Positions 11,298-23,910 of a stretch of 64,000 nt of DNA are shown one piece after another. The notes under the pieces are model-generated. The model made no database searches, was not told the DNA's origin, and saw only the letters and a program-made list of their open reading frames with translations. Location of the stretch: contig JASCQW010000190.1 of the NCBI GenBank assembly GCA_030264375.1, forward strand, positions 20,220,015 to 20,284,014, given 5' to 3'. Within the stretch, counting starts at the first letter, position 1. Every line of letters starts with the position of its first letter. The translations under genes and the position numbers were made by a program. The stretch is from Carcharhinus longimanus. Its lineage: Eukaryota.

Positions 11298-13162
11298 AAT
11301 TCATATGAAAAACAAGAGAAACTCTTGTGTCAATAGTTCTGATAGTTTTTGGGAAGATTTTAATGATTAGGTTCTCTACCATTTGTGTTCTCATGTAAGA
11401 AATCACATTTTTTTTGTGGAATCCACAAATTCACCCAAATTTTGATAATTTTTAAACAAACCCACCTAGTTTGTCAAATAAAGATTTTCATCATTCCTTT
11501 CATGGATGATTTATTTGTTGTTTGCTTATTTATTCGGCTCACATCAGTACACATTCGAAACTGAGCATCACACACTGGGCCTCAAAAGGGAAAGCCTGTC
11601 TTAGCAAAAGGTTATTAATCAAGGTGAAAATTTACTGCAGGGTTCAAACTTCAGGACTTTTATCACAAAAGTTTTTTTTTTCTCTCCCTTCAGAGTTAAA
11701 TCAACTCCAGATTCACTTCCAAATATAACACACCATATTAGCAGAACTCTAGATGGGTGGTGTCAAATGCCAACAACCATGTGCTGCGTTGCCGTTTGAT
11801 CCCACGTAAGATATTGCCTGCTTGAAGCGAGCTAGCAGGTGAAGCTGTTTTATGCCATTTAACTGATGTTATTTTAGCCAGTCACGTCACAGGATTCTAG
11901 CCCAAGGGTGTAACAAACAATATTATTGCTTAGCCAGTGTAATAATTAGTTCATCTATAGTAAGTATGTCTTTGGTGTTGTTGTAAAATGAGCCAAAGGA
12001 CCCTTGTGAACCTATAAAGCTTCTCAAGTTAAACAGAAACACTAGTGGTCGCATTTGTAAATTAGCTATAAACTTGTTATGGTGATACGGTGAGCAGTAT
12101 CATGTAGGTGATTTCAGGGGACAAATGTTTCATTCCACAAAACGGAGCTAGAATTCTTTAAATAAGATCCATTTGGTGTCACATATTATTCAAAAGAATA
12201 TGGTACATTCAATGTTAATTGGCTCTCTGATCTGTTAAATTCACTTTAAAATCTACATTTTTTATTTTAAAAATTGTAAAATAAATTTTTCATCTTGGAA
12301 GTTATATTCTTTTCATTTAAATGTATCACGTGTTAAAGAAGCGTAGAGAGAAATGGTGTGAAAAGTGATATTTTGAGTGAACTCTTTTCTCAGAGTACGT
12401 GGGGAACATTAGATTGCACAATTGCATTTATGTGTTTGGAAAGCATCTTCAGTGTTGTTTTTGTTTACCATGTAACTGATACCCAAACCATTGAAGTGTA
12501 CAGTTTGGAAGGAAATCATTTGGTTCATTGTATTGGTTTCAAACCAAAGCAAACCAAAAACTGATCCACATTGCCAAGTGTTTTTTTTTTCCCCATAGTG
12601 GTACCCTTCTCTGCTTCCAACCTATTAATTTTCACTGAGCAACAATCCCTGCTTCAGCCATTACCTGTGGCAAAACCATCCCTGCTCCAACAATCCTCTG
12701 TGAGGAAATTTCCCTTAATCTTTCTATTACATCCTCCTAGTGATAATTTTAAATTGATGACAGTTCATCACTGACTCCCCAACAGAAGAAATTACCTTTA
12801 CATATTCACACTATCAAAACTCTTACACTGTGTACTTTCACTACAACCTAATCAATGTTTTCTATAAATATATAATCTCTTCGTTACCTTTGCACTCTAT
12901 GCTCCATTTATAGAACCCAAAATGTTGTTGTACTTTTGTGGCTTTCCCTACCTCCACTTGCACTTACCTGTACACATTGGTCTTCCTTTTACCCACACCT
13001 GCAGTGCTTTCTACTTAAGTGTATAATCCAATTCCCTGCCCTTCTACAAAGAAGTACTAATCCATATTAAATTGTATCTGCCACTAGTTTGCCTTATCCA
13101 CTAATCTGCTTCTTCTGTTGTTTGTTAGAATTCCTACTTCTGTCAGTAAATTTGGAAGTTGC

Positions 13163-14308
13163 GTCCACATTCGCCCAAAAGTGCTGAATTGGCAGAAAAA
13201 CTGTTCTAAATTTCAACTGTTTTGTCAGTTCAGCTTCTCATCTGAATCTCCCCACTCTGTGCACTGCAGAGGTCCCAGTCATGAATAACATTAAAAACCC
13301 AGGGGAGAGGGGCCTATTCATTCTGGAGCCTGACAGTTCTGGACCTCTGCGCATATGCAGTGGTCCCGATCTGTCAGTCTCCCCATCTGCTGGCCAGCCT
13401 GATCACTGGCCGGCCTGGGAACCCACTGTGCTGCCCCTCCAGCCGCCCCCATGGCCCAATCGCGGCCCCTATTCCAAATCCCGAGCCAGCCAGACCCCCG
13501 CATCCCGTTCTGGAGCACCCCGATGTACAGCCCATGCACTCCCGCGCCACCCCTCCGCCACCCCCACCCCCCCAGCAATGGCAACCATCCCACCCCCCTC
13601 ACCCCGGCAGACTCCACCCTCCCCTCTCCCCCGCTGGCCCCCCAGGATCAGATTCTCTCCTGGGAGACAGGCCATCCCTCAGCAGATCGCCCCTCTCCCC
13701 CAGCTGGCACCAATCACTGCCCTCCCTCCATACCAAACCAATCCCCATGCAGAGTGGCAGCGACCCTCATCAATTACCCCTAGGTGCTGCCCACAACAGG
13801 CTCCGCCCCCTTGGCACTGCCCGATATCTGATGTGCAGTGCCAAGGTGTCCACTCAGCATGGGCACTTTGCCCCTTGGGCAGTGCCAGATGGAAAAGGCT
13901 GGCCCAGCCAGGGTGCCCATGCCTAGGGGGCACTACCCACCCACAGCTCAACCCCCTGGGGACCCCAATTGCCCCCTTCATTCTGGCGGGGTTTCCTGCT
14001 AGCTCTCCGAACATGGGGACCTACTCTAAACCCCGCCAAAATGAAGTACTCCTGGCGGGGTGGGAGATTCAAACGGGACCAGTGAGTTCCCAATAATTAC
14101 ATTTAAAAGACATTAAAAGCATATTAAAAACAGATTCAAAGTACTTATCTGCCTTTTCGTCGGTTTCCAGCATGGTCTGACCGGCGACTCTTTGCCGGCT
14201 CTGGGAGATGCTTATGCACATGGCAATTCCCGGAACAAGGCTGGCGACACACATCTCCCACCACGACCCACCAGAAAAGTTGTGGGTCAAGATGGGAGAA
14301 TCGTGGCC
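13163..14308. mobile_element. ~1.15 kb GC-rich non-autonomous element with imperfect ~15-bp TIRs
   Basis: Left GTCCACATTCGCCC vs reverse complement of right end GGCCACGATTCTCCC; C-rich interior; inserted in older LINE debris. Confidence 0.6.
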
Positions 14309-15054
14309 TGCGTTTCTCTAGTTCAAGTTCAAGACATCTCCATGGACAGAGAATATAATGAGGTGCACCAGTTCCAAGCAACACTCATTTGTTCTATCTC
14401 TGTTCCCTCTTTGGTAACCAACTTTCTATTCGCACTGTTACATTTTATCTAAAGTCATACATCTAAAATTTTCTAAAAGCCTCTTGTAAGGCATGTTATC
14501 GCCGACTTCTGAAAATCCATATACGCTACATTGACAGTATTCCCTTGATTTATTCATTTGGTTATTTCTTCAGAAAGAAAAAAAGACCACTATTAAATTT
14601 GTGAAAGATTACTTGCCCTTTAACGGTTTTATATTGGCCTCCCCTTGATTAACCTTTCTTAATGCTTGCTAATTCAATCTCAACTGGTTGGAAATAGTAG
14701 CCCTAGAGCATCCTGTGGAATCTGGACCCAAGTCAATATCCAGCAGCCCAGAGTTCAGTTCAACACACCTCCACCACCTCCCCCTCCCACACTACCCTAT
14801 TCCCACCCCCTGAAAATGGAGCAGTGATTCATCAGCAGGGGCCTAGATGATTTTTCTGCAACCTCAAGGAACACTTCTCATCCTCCTGGTCTGAGAAAAA
14901 TCAGTAATAGCTGATGCTAACTCCAAAAAGAAAGAGATAACTGCAGATGTCTCATCACAAGTTTTATTGCTTTACCGTGAAACCTTCATTGGTTAAGAAA
15001 GCCCACCAACAAGGGGCATACACGCGATGGGTCATACTTGGGCTGCTCTTGGTT

Positions 15055-15440
15055 GTTCGAGATTGGCCTAGTGCTTCATGTCACTTGTGTGTGCCTAAAC
15101 TGGACCGGATACTGGGCAAGACGACAGCTCAGTGAATATCACTGATTGCTGTGCAGACACATGGATTTGGGCCGGTGTCTGTGGGAGTTTGCGCATTCTC
15201 CCCGTGCTTGCGTGGGTTTTCTCCGGGTGCTCCGGTTTCCTCCCATACCCCAAAGGTGTGCTATTAGGCTGATTGGAAGTAATAAATTGTCCCTAAATTA
15301 GTTTCCTTCAATGTGGATTGCCATAAAAACAATAGATAAGGATCATGGGTGGAGGGGGGGGACTGGTAGTATTAAAATGGTGGCGTGGGCTCGTTGGGCC
15401 GAAGGGCCTGTTTCCCAGGCTGTTTTTGTTCTTTGTTCTT
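15055..15440 (+). mobile_element. V-domain SINE-like element with atypical 5' region (copy 2)
   Basis: Collinear with 543-932, including ACGACAGCTCAGT..ATCACTGATTG.TGTGCAGACACATGGATTTGGGCCGGTGT. Confidence 0.75.
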
Positions 15441-15580
15441 AATGTGCAAGGGGTGAAAGGTTATTGTGGGTGGAAGGAAACGTGGGTTGAGCTTACAGTT
15501 AGATCAGCCACGATTCACTAAAATGGAGGAGCAGGATTGAAGGTCAAAGTACCCTATTCCTAACTCCTAAGTTCCTGAGT
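15441..15580 (+). mobile_element. CR1 3' UTR/tail
   Basis: AAAGGTTATTG...AGATCAGCCACGAT...GGAGCAGG...CCTATTCCT. Confidence 0.7.
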
Positions 15581-16059
15581 AATTTTTCCCTATTCCTCAG
15601 TTTTTTTCCATAATTTTGTTTTAATTCTCAGTTTTGAATCTTTTAACTTGTCTTCTGTGAATACATTCTTAATTATTCTCTTAGAATTCTTTTAAGACAC
15701 TTAACCATTGTAAAAACATTTGAATAGGAATTAAGCCCTTTCATCAAAGCAAATACAGAATAGATCATTCTTACATTGAGGGATATGTCAGTGGATAGGA
15801 ATTGAGGAGGGGAGGGATGGGGCAATACACATCTCCACATGAAAGGAGTGTTAGGTAATGAAGAGTTTATAAGTTTGGCATTGAATCCTGGAGCAACCAC
15901 TCAGCCTTTGAACCTCCTGAGGTGAATAAGCTGAATATCATTTCTTGGGATACGGACGGGTGTGGTGAACATTACTGTAGTCACTCTGTACACTGCTTCC
16001 AGCACTGAAACAAGCACTTCCCTTTTAATCGCTGAAGACTCAGAACTCTGCTTTTCTTC

Positions 16060-16255
16060 AAAGAACAAAGAACAGCACAGCACAGGAAACAGGCCCTTCG
16101 GCCCTACAAGCCATTTTAACACTCAGTGAGTGACTTACTCAAGTCTCTTGTCGATCGTCGACGTTTTTGTCTACCTCAAGTGGACTCCACAATAAAGGGG
16201 GTGCAAATTTAGGGAATTATATGTGCGCCAGATTAAGGGAGATCCAATTCAGGGA
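16060..16255 (-). mobile_element. 3' tail related to the atypical V-domain family, reverse orientation
   Basis: AAGAACAAAGAACAGCACAGCACAGGAAACAGGCCCTTCGGCCC is the reverse complement of the family tail. Confidence 0.65.
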
Positions 16256-16355
16256 NNNNNNNNNNNNNNNNNNNNNNNNNNNNNNNNNNNNNNNNNNNNN
16301 NNNNNNNNNNNNNNNNNNNNNNNNNNNNNNNNNNNNNNNNNNNNNNNNNNNNNNN

Positions 16356-16541
16356 TGTGCTGTTAGGCTGATTGGCAGTAATAAATTGTCCCTAAATCAG
16401 TTTCCCTCAATCTGGATGGCCATAAAACATTACACAAGGGTCGTGGGTGGAGAGGGGGACTGGTGGTGTTGAGATGGCGGCGCGGGCTCATTGGGCCGAA
16501 GGGCCCAACCCTTAAAATTGAATGATTTTTGTTCTTTGTTC
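16356..16541 (+). mobile_element. 3' half of atypical V-domain family (copy 3; 5' part in gap)
   Basis: TTAGGCTGATTGGCAGTAATAAATTGTCCCTAAAT matches 15265-15300. Confidence 0.75.
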
Positions 16542-17080
16542 TACATTCTCAGAAGGCTAAGGAAATTCGGCATGTCCGCTACAACTCTCACCAACTTTTA
16601 TCGATGCACCATAGAAAGCATTCTTTCTGGTTGTATCACAGCTTGGTATGGTTCCTACTCTGTCCAAGACCACAATAAACTACAAAAGGACATGAACGAA
16701 GCCCAGTCCATCATGCAAACCAGTCTCCCATCCATCCAGTCTCTCCATCTACACTTCTCCCTGCCTCAGAAAAGCAATCAGCATAATCAAGTTCTCCCAC
16801 ACGGCCTAGACATACTCTCTTCCATCTTCTTCCATCGGGAAAAAGATAACAAGTCTGAGGTCATGTACCAACCAACTCAAGAACAGCTTCTTCCCTGCTG
16901 CCATCAGAATGGACCAACCTTAGATTAAGTTGATCTTTCTCAATACCCTAGCTATGACTGTAACAGTGTATTCTGCCCTCTCTCCTTTCCCTCTCTCTGT
17001 ATGGTATGCTCTGTATAGCATGCCAAGAAACAATATTTTTCACTGTATACTAATGTACGTAACAATAATAAATCAAATCA
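16540..17080 (+). mobile_element. Rex1/Babar LINE 3' fragment
   Basis: ILRRLRKFGMSATTLTNFYRCTIESILSGCITAWYG; tail AATAAATCAAATCA. Confidence 0.92.
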
Positions 17081-19111
17081 TTCAATTTTAAGTTACATTA
17101 AAAGGTTTTCAGTTTCATGAATCCAAATTTCTTTTTCATCCTTCCAAATCCTTTTCCATATCATATTCCAGTTTATTACACTTCCCTGGCGTGATTTTAT
17201 CTCTGGCACCAAGGGTCAGCAAGTTACCTAGCTTTACTCCAGAATGAAGACGAATTCAGTGTAACTGATACTTAAAATTGGCTTTGATTGACTCCACAGT
17301 CGCCCTTTGATGCATGCTAAGCGGTTCTGAGTAACAGAGGAATGCGAGTGTGGTGGTGTGTTAACCCCACTGGCATCTGTCCAAAGTACCTGCGTGGTCC
17401 AATATTGCTCCGCGAATGTGGAAAAATGCAGACCTTATGTTAAGTGAAACAAACTGAAGTCATATAGAGTGACACCATTTTGCTCTATATGAATAGAGCT
17501 TTAGTGTCAGTTTAGTGCCTCGACTCTGTAATTTCAGGCTGCCACTTCTTTGTAGGTGTAAATTGGATTCCCTCTTTACTTGTAACGTTCTGAACGTAAT
17601 AGCTCTCAAGAGCTGCATTAAAGTACCAAAATTAATTAGCTACACTGATAAACAAGCCACACAACTGAAAGACATCACATTAATAACTGCCTGCAAATAT
17701 AAAAGATAAGCAAACAATGAGAGAAAACATGAACCTATTTTAACTGTGGAGAACATTTCTGAAAAATATACTAATCAACACAATAGCATTTGTAGAATAT
17801 TATTGATGAACGTGGAAGTGGCAAGGGTATTAATCGTCAAATTAAACTGGAAAAGCTTTATCAGTTACATAAGGAATTAGCCTGGACAAAGACCCTTTTG
17901 CTTTTCTTTTCACACGTTGCCATTATCCCCATAGAAACTGTAAAATGATTCTGCCATTTAGGCTCCTTTCCACTTCCTGATCTAATTTGAAACGCAGTCA
18001 AATTTAAAAAGAAAACCTGACCATTTTAAAATACCAAATGCAGGCAGAATTCTGAAGATCACATTTAACTGGGAAAAGAGGAAATCGGGGATCGGGTTTC
18101 CTCCAGTTAGGTGATTTCTCCACTTTAATCTGTTAAAGAAATCTGGCTGAACAAGAATTATAGGTGACCAAATAGACTCATTCATCATTATTAATATTAC
18201 TTCTACCTCTTTTCAATGAATTCATTAAACGTGATTTTAAGGTGAACATTGTCCTCATTAAAACTAAAAGTGTACAAAAAGGAGTAACAAAAACCTGATT
18301 GAATTGTTAGGCGCAATATTGGAAAAAAAATCATTGTCCCAAAAATGGTAGGACGGAGAATTGGCAATTTAACCCTTTTTAGCTTGCCTCGTTCCATTTT
18401 CATCCCTCACCCCCTGAAGCAACACTCCCATGTCTCCCCTGCCTCAACACGAGAATTATGTCCTTATATGCCATCTGAATCATGAATAACTCTCTTTTGA
18501 AAGCATTTTGGTTGAGTCTTTAAGCACGCCAGGTTGCAATTAGATATAGTGTGCCGTTTCCTCGGTTAATAATAATATCCTCCAGCTTTCATTTCCTGGT
18601 CTAACATAAAAGCCCATCCACCCCACTGATTCCGCCTTCCCCAGTTAGAACAGACTCAGCTGCCGTAGCCTCTTTTCACGGTTCACTGATTTAAGACATT
18701 GCACCATCCTTGTGGCTCTTTGATCCCTTTCCCTCGCTGTCTCTTTTCTTGAAAACCCAGCTCCCAAAACTGGGCAAGATCCTCAAATATTCCATTGGTG
18801 CCCCATAAAATATCACTGGAGCTCCCTTTGGACTGCTGCCAACAGCAATGGCCTTGCCATATCAGTAAGGACACCTAAATCTTTTCTTTGCTGCATTTAA
18901 CTTAGCAGTACGTGTGTGAATCAATGTTGTTTGCCATTTCCTTTAGCTTAATTACACTGCATCTTGCATTTTCCAATGTAAATTCGTTATCCATTTACTA
19001 AGTTGCTTCAGACCTGTTTGCCCAATGTCCTCATCAAAAAATCTTGTCTTCCCACAAAAAAATAAAATTACTTCCAAATCTTAACATTTCTCTTGTAAAA
19101 TCTTCATCAAA

Positions 19112-20085
19112 ACAGATGCAGCAAGCGGTAAAGAAGGCAGATGATATGTTGGCCTCCATAGCAAGAGGATTCAAGTACAGGAGCAGGGATATCTTGCCCC
19201 AATTACACAGGGCCTTGGTGAGGCCACACCTGGAATATTGTGTGCAGTTTTGGTCTCCTTATCTGAGGAAGGNNNNNNNNNNNNNNNNNNNNNNNNNNNN
19301 NNNNNNNNNNNNNNNNNNNNNNNNNNNNNNNNNNNNNNNNNNNNNNNNNNNNNNNNNNNNNNNNNNNNNNNNNNNNNNNNNNNNNNNNNNNNNNNNNNNN
19401 NNNNNNNNNNNNNNNNNNNNNNNNNNNNNNNNNNNNNNNNNNNNNNNNNNNNNNNNNNNNNNNNNNNNNNNNNNNNNNNNNNNNNNNNNNNNNNNNNNNN
19501 NNNNNNNNNNNNNNNNNNNNNNNNNNNNNNNNNNNNNNNNNNNNNNNNNNNNNNNNNNNNNNNNNNNNNNNNNNNNNNNNNNNNNNNNNNNNNNNNNNNN
19601 NNNNNNNNNNNNNNNNNNNNNNNNNNNNNNNNNNNNNNNNNNNNNNNNNNNNNNNNNNNNNNNNNNNNNNNNNNNNNNNNNNNNNNNNNNNNNNNNNNNN
19701 NNNNNNNNNNNNNNNNNNNNNNNNNNNNNNNNNNNNNNNNNNNNNNNNNNNNNNNNNNNNNNNNNNNNNNNNNNNNNNNNNNNNNNNNNNNNNNNNNNNN
19801 NNNNNNNNNNNNNNNNNNNNNNNNNNNNNNNNNNNNNNNNNNNNNNNNNNNNNNNNNNNNNNNNNNNNNNNNNNNNNNNNNNNNNNNNNNNNNNNNNNNN
19901 NNNNNNNNNNNNNNNNNNNNNNNNNNNNNNNNNNNNNNNNNNNNNNNNNNNNNNNNNNNNNNNNNNNNNNNNNNNNNNNNNNNNNNNNNNNNNNNNNNNN
20001 NNNNNNNNNNNNNNNNNNNNNNNNNNNNNNNNTGAATGGTGGAACAGGCTTGAAGGGCTGAATGGCCTACTCCTGCTTCTATATT
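19112..20085 (+). mobile_element. CR1 LINE 3' fragment (mostly in gap 19273-20032)
   Basis: QQAVKKADDMLASIARGFKYRSRDILPQLHRALVRPHLEYCVQFWSPYLRK; tail after gap. Confidence 0.92.
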
Positions 20086-22430
20086 GATATCCCAAGACTG
20101 ATCCCTGAGTAAACTCTACTGATCCAAAGTACCCAGTTGGAGCTATTCATTTCTCATTATTGAAACCATTATTGATCTGCACTGGATTGTTGAGGCTGGC
20201 AATTAAAGGGGAAGCTAGATGATGGGGAATCACGCAAAGGCAGAATCTGCTGATAGAATATTGTGGGGGAAGAAGAATAAACACTGGTATAGCTCAAGTT
20301 CTGTGCTGTAAACCCTATGAAAAGCAACAACTGTTTCAGAGGATAGGAATATTTGACTCAGCTATTGTTTTCCTTCAGTCTCTTAGGTTAACATAATGCC
20401 CTTGTCCCATTTCGACTTTCTTCAAAGATGTCTTAACATAATTGAGTGTCGTCTGTCCCACTGACAATTCACTTGACAACAGAGAGTTCCCTCTCCTCCT
20501 GTAGTATTTGACCACATTGGTAACATGAACTCTCCCTTCTGCAGGTTGATTACAATTACTTGCTATTTAATTCCAATCAGAATTGCTGTTTTTCATCAAT
20601 GTGGCTGCTTATCCTTCCACACTACTTTTTCCTTCCAGACCACTTTAGCCCCGTGGTCTCAGCAGGACTTGCTGATCTGTCAAGCCTGACCCATATTCAT
20701 GATGCCTGTAGCGTGATGATTAGACACTCCCCCACTCTGAGCAGCATTGTAATCTCCTGGGAGTGGCACAAAATCAGAAAAGGAAACCCTTGATGCATGA
20801 TAGAATAATTCCTTCATCAGCAGCCTTCAGAGTTCACTGGTTTAGATCTATGCCAAATATTCTTTGTCTCTATTTGTGCAGTCACTTCTGGCCATGAGTC
20901 TTGTGGCTTGCTCTAACTGGACGTTCTGTATTCCAAAAGAAGACAATGAAAATACTTGACTCTGCAAATAGACATCTTCTGAAATAGGCCACATACATGA
21001 CAAGGACTCTGAGTAGTTCTCTCTCTGAATAACTGCTTATGTACTTTGAACATTTTTATGGCTGACCACATAACAGATTAAACATCTTCGATGAACCCTA
21101 AATATTAAGGTACTCTAAAGATAAGGAGGTATGTTAATTAGCAATATATGTTGTGTTTTCCATCCTTTTTATTCAAACAGCATAAAATATCAAACAGCAT
21201 TCAGATTCCCAACACCAGGTTCCACTCAATATTAAAAGCCTGTGCTTCAGTTTGTCAGAATATTGAAACTATCCTTTAGACGTATTGATAATCGAGAAAC
21301 AATATTCAATTTCTTATGCAGGTGGTCCAACATTCTCTTTCCATTTTATACTTTGGGTTAGTTAATATCTGAATCCTGTGTATTTCTTATCTATCCTAGT
21401 ATCGCTTCCTCATCATTTTTCTTTAGTGACAAGAAATAAATATCTCCCTCAGGCAAAGAAATTCAACCTGCTTGAATGTCAAGAGTTGTCTCATGATCGG
21501 ATTCACCAGTAGGTAGATGACGTTCAGTACTGACGTGCTGAGTAGTCCGTCAGGATGCCTGTTCTGTGTTAAGTCTGATTCTTGAAGAAAAGAACTTTTA
21601 ATGTGGAGTGTCTGAACACTTCCATCGGAACCCACTGTTGAAAGTCAACTCAGTTCATGTTCCTGAGTGCAGCATTAGAGTCAGGAATTTTTTTCCCATT
21701 ATTGGCTGTCTCATTTTTCCAGGTCACAGTATCCAGATTAGAAGGTCCAAAGTCCCATAATCGATCGGTATAGTTCAGTCAGTGCTATTCTTCAACCTGC
21801 GACATTGGGTGAGGCTCTGCTGGATCACTTGACTTGACATTCAGGTTTCAGTTGACTCTGAATAGAACCCAAGTGCTCCTCCAGCACCTTACTGTCTGCA
21901 GAACACTACCGCAACACACTGTAACTTCAGTGCTACTGAGCTTTAAGCTGTGAGGTTCACATTCATGATTTCCGTCTCGGTGAGATGCTCATCTTTCGTC
22001 TGGTGGAATTATCCTGTGCCAAATAGGACAGAAGAGAGAAAACATTGTAAATGAAAGTTTTCAGAGATTGATACAGTATTCCTCACTAGATCATTTTCAC
22101 TGTTGTTCTGTTGGTTATTCTGCTTTTGATGTAACTATTCCTAATCTCACTGGTGACTGCTTCCCACGGAATGGATGTAGTCCTCAACTGGACAGTTTGA
22201 ATACAACTAGTGGCCAACTGATATGCTTTATTGGTGAAATCTGTCACCCTCATCCCATTGAAATTGTCACCACTTTCTTCAGAGTTTGCCTGTTCAGTGC
22301 TTTGCAATTGTTGATTGTTTTCCAAAACTTTCTGGGTTAAGCAAAATGGATGTTTTTTTCTGCTGCAACACTTTCATACACCTATACATTTCTCATGTAA
22401 CATTTGATACTGCCTTGCCTTATAACTGCT

Positions 22431-22845
22431 GGGCCACACGGTGGGACAGTGGTTAGTACTGCTGCCTCACAGTGCCAGGGACCCGAGTTCGATTCCCGGC
22501 TTGGATCACTGTCTGTGTGGAGTTTACACGTACTCCCTGTGTCTGCGTGAGTTTCCTCCGGGTGCTCCATTTTCCTCCCACAGCCTGAAAGACATGCTAG
22601 TTAGGTGCATTGACCCAAACAGGTGCAGGACTGTGGTGAGTAGGGGAATTTCACAGTAACTTCATTGCAGTGTTAATGTAAGCCTTACTTTTGACTAATA
22701 AATAAACTNNNNNNNNNNNNNNNNNNNNNNNNNNNNNNNNNNNNNNNNNNNNNNNNNNNNNNNNNNNNNNNNNNNNNNNNNNNNNNNNNNNNNNNNNNNN
22801 NNNNNNNNAATGTAAGCCTTACTTTTGACTAATAAATAAACTTTA
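22431..22845 (+). mobile_element. V-SINE (tail type B), tail duplicated across a 100-N gap
   Basis: GGGCCACACGGTGGGACAGTGGTTAG head, GAGTTCGATTCC B box, V-domain. Confidence 0.92.
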
Positions 22846-23349
22846 TTTTATAAATGCTGAAACTAGACAAGATCACACTTTATACCTCACCAGGATAGGT
22901 TTGAATAAGGAAGTTCTTTCAAGCTTGATTTGGCTAAATGCTTATCATACTGCGATAAGAGAGATAATGTAAAATATAATTTGCAAAGGAGTTAAATTAT
23001 CACTTAATCATTCGCATTCATTGTAAGTGAACTTGCCTTTTTTTTAGAATACTCTTCAACACTGTCCAAAATATATCCTGTTCCAGCGCAGAGGTAAATC
23101 GGAGCTAAACTTCAGTATCAGGTCTGTAGAAGGGCCTCATTTGCCTTTCTTAAATCAGATGGCGGACTTCCAGATAATGGTATTTCCACCATCATCAGCA
23201 GAGAGTGACCAGACTCACTTATCTGAGGCATCTCAATCACATAAGCTAAAGAGTTTGTTGGGAAGGGTGTGCTGTAGTTTTTGATGCACTTCAAAAAAAC
23301 CATGAAAATAGAAATGCAAATCAAAGGCAGTGGTTTGGTAGTGCAGACA

Positions 23350-23910
23350 TTGCATATTGAGGAAAAGAGAAACATGTTTGCCAAAGCTTTTTGTCTTGCA
23401 CTCACCTGGACAAAATCAAGAATGCCAAATTTCATCCATTACAGTAATTTATATTACAGGAGAAAAGGGGTCATGACTCATTAGAGAAGCCATTTCACGA
23501 TGTTGCTATGTGAGTGTATTTTCCACTAACATGATGCTACCGTCTGGCAGGAAAGATATTCTGACTTCCACACAATTGAGCAACCTCAAGTATGAATTTC
23601 ATATCTGGTGCAATGCCAAGTAAGCATTGCTCAAAATGACACTCATTCATTTGCAGGGACCCATGTTTTGCAAACAAAAGGAATATGTTCAAGCCTTGCA
23701 CCTTATTTTAATTATCCCAGAACTGTAGGAAGCCTGTAGTTCCCTGTTGCTGTTTCCACGGCAGTGCCTCAGCCAGTCAGAGTCACCAACCAACATCCTT
23801 TTGTCGTATAAATTGTAGTAACTATTTGAAATTTGGCATTCTTGCATTTGTCCTGATGAGTGCAAGACAGAAAGTTTGGCAACATGTCTTTCCTTTCAGA
23901 AAAATAACAT
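23350..23910 (+). mobile_element. Internally deleted Penelope-like element with inverted terminal (pLTR) segments
   Basis: Remnant MLPSGRKDILTSTQLSNLKYEFHIWCNA (entry to GIY-YIG-like domain) and FCKQKEYVQALHL; 23350-23440 is an inverted copy of 23820-23910. Confidence 0.7.

Noticed and set aside
13281-14096. 271-aa proline-rich ORF with overlapping ORFs
   Set aside because: C-rich interior of a TIR element; several frames are open because of GC bias, and there is no domain motif.
22431-22500. tRNA gene calls at SINE heads (A and B boxes)
   Set aside because: Each continues into a V-domain or SINE core and tail, so they are tRNA-derived heads rather than tRNA genes.
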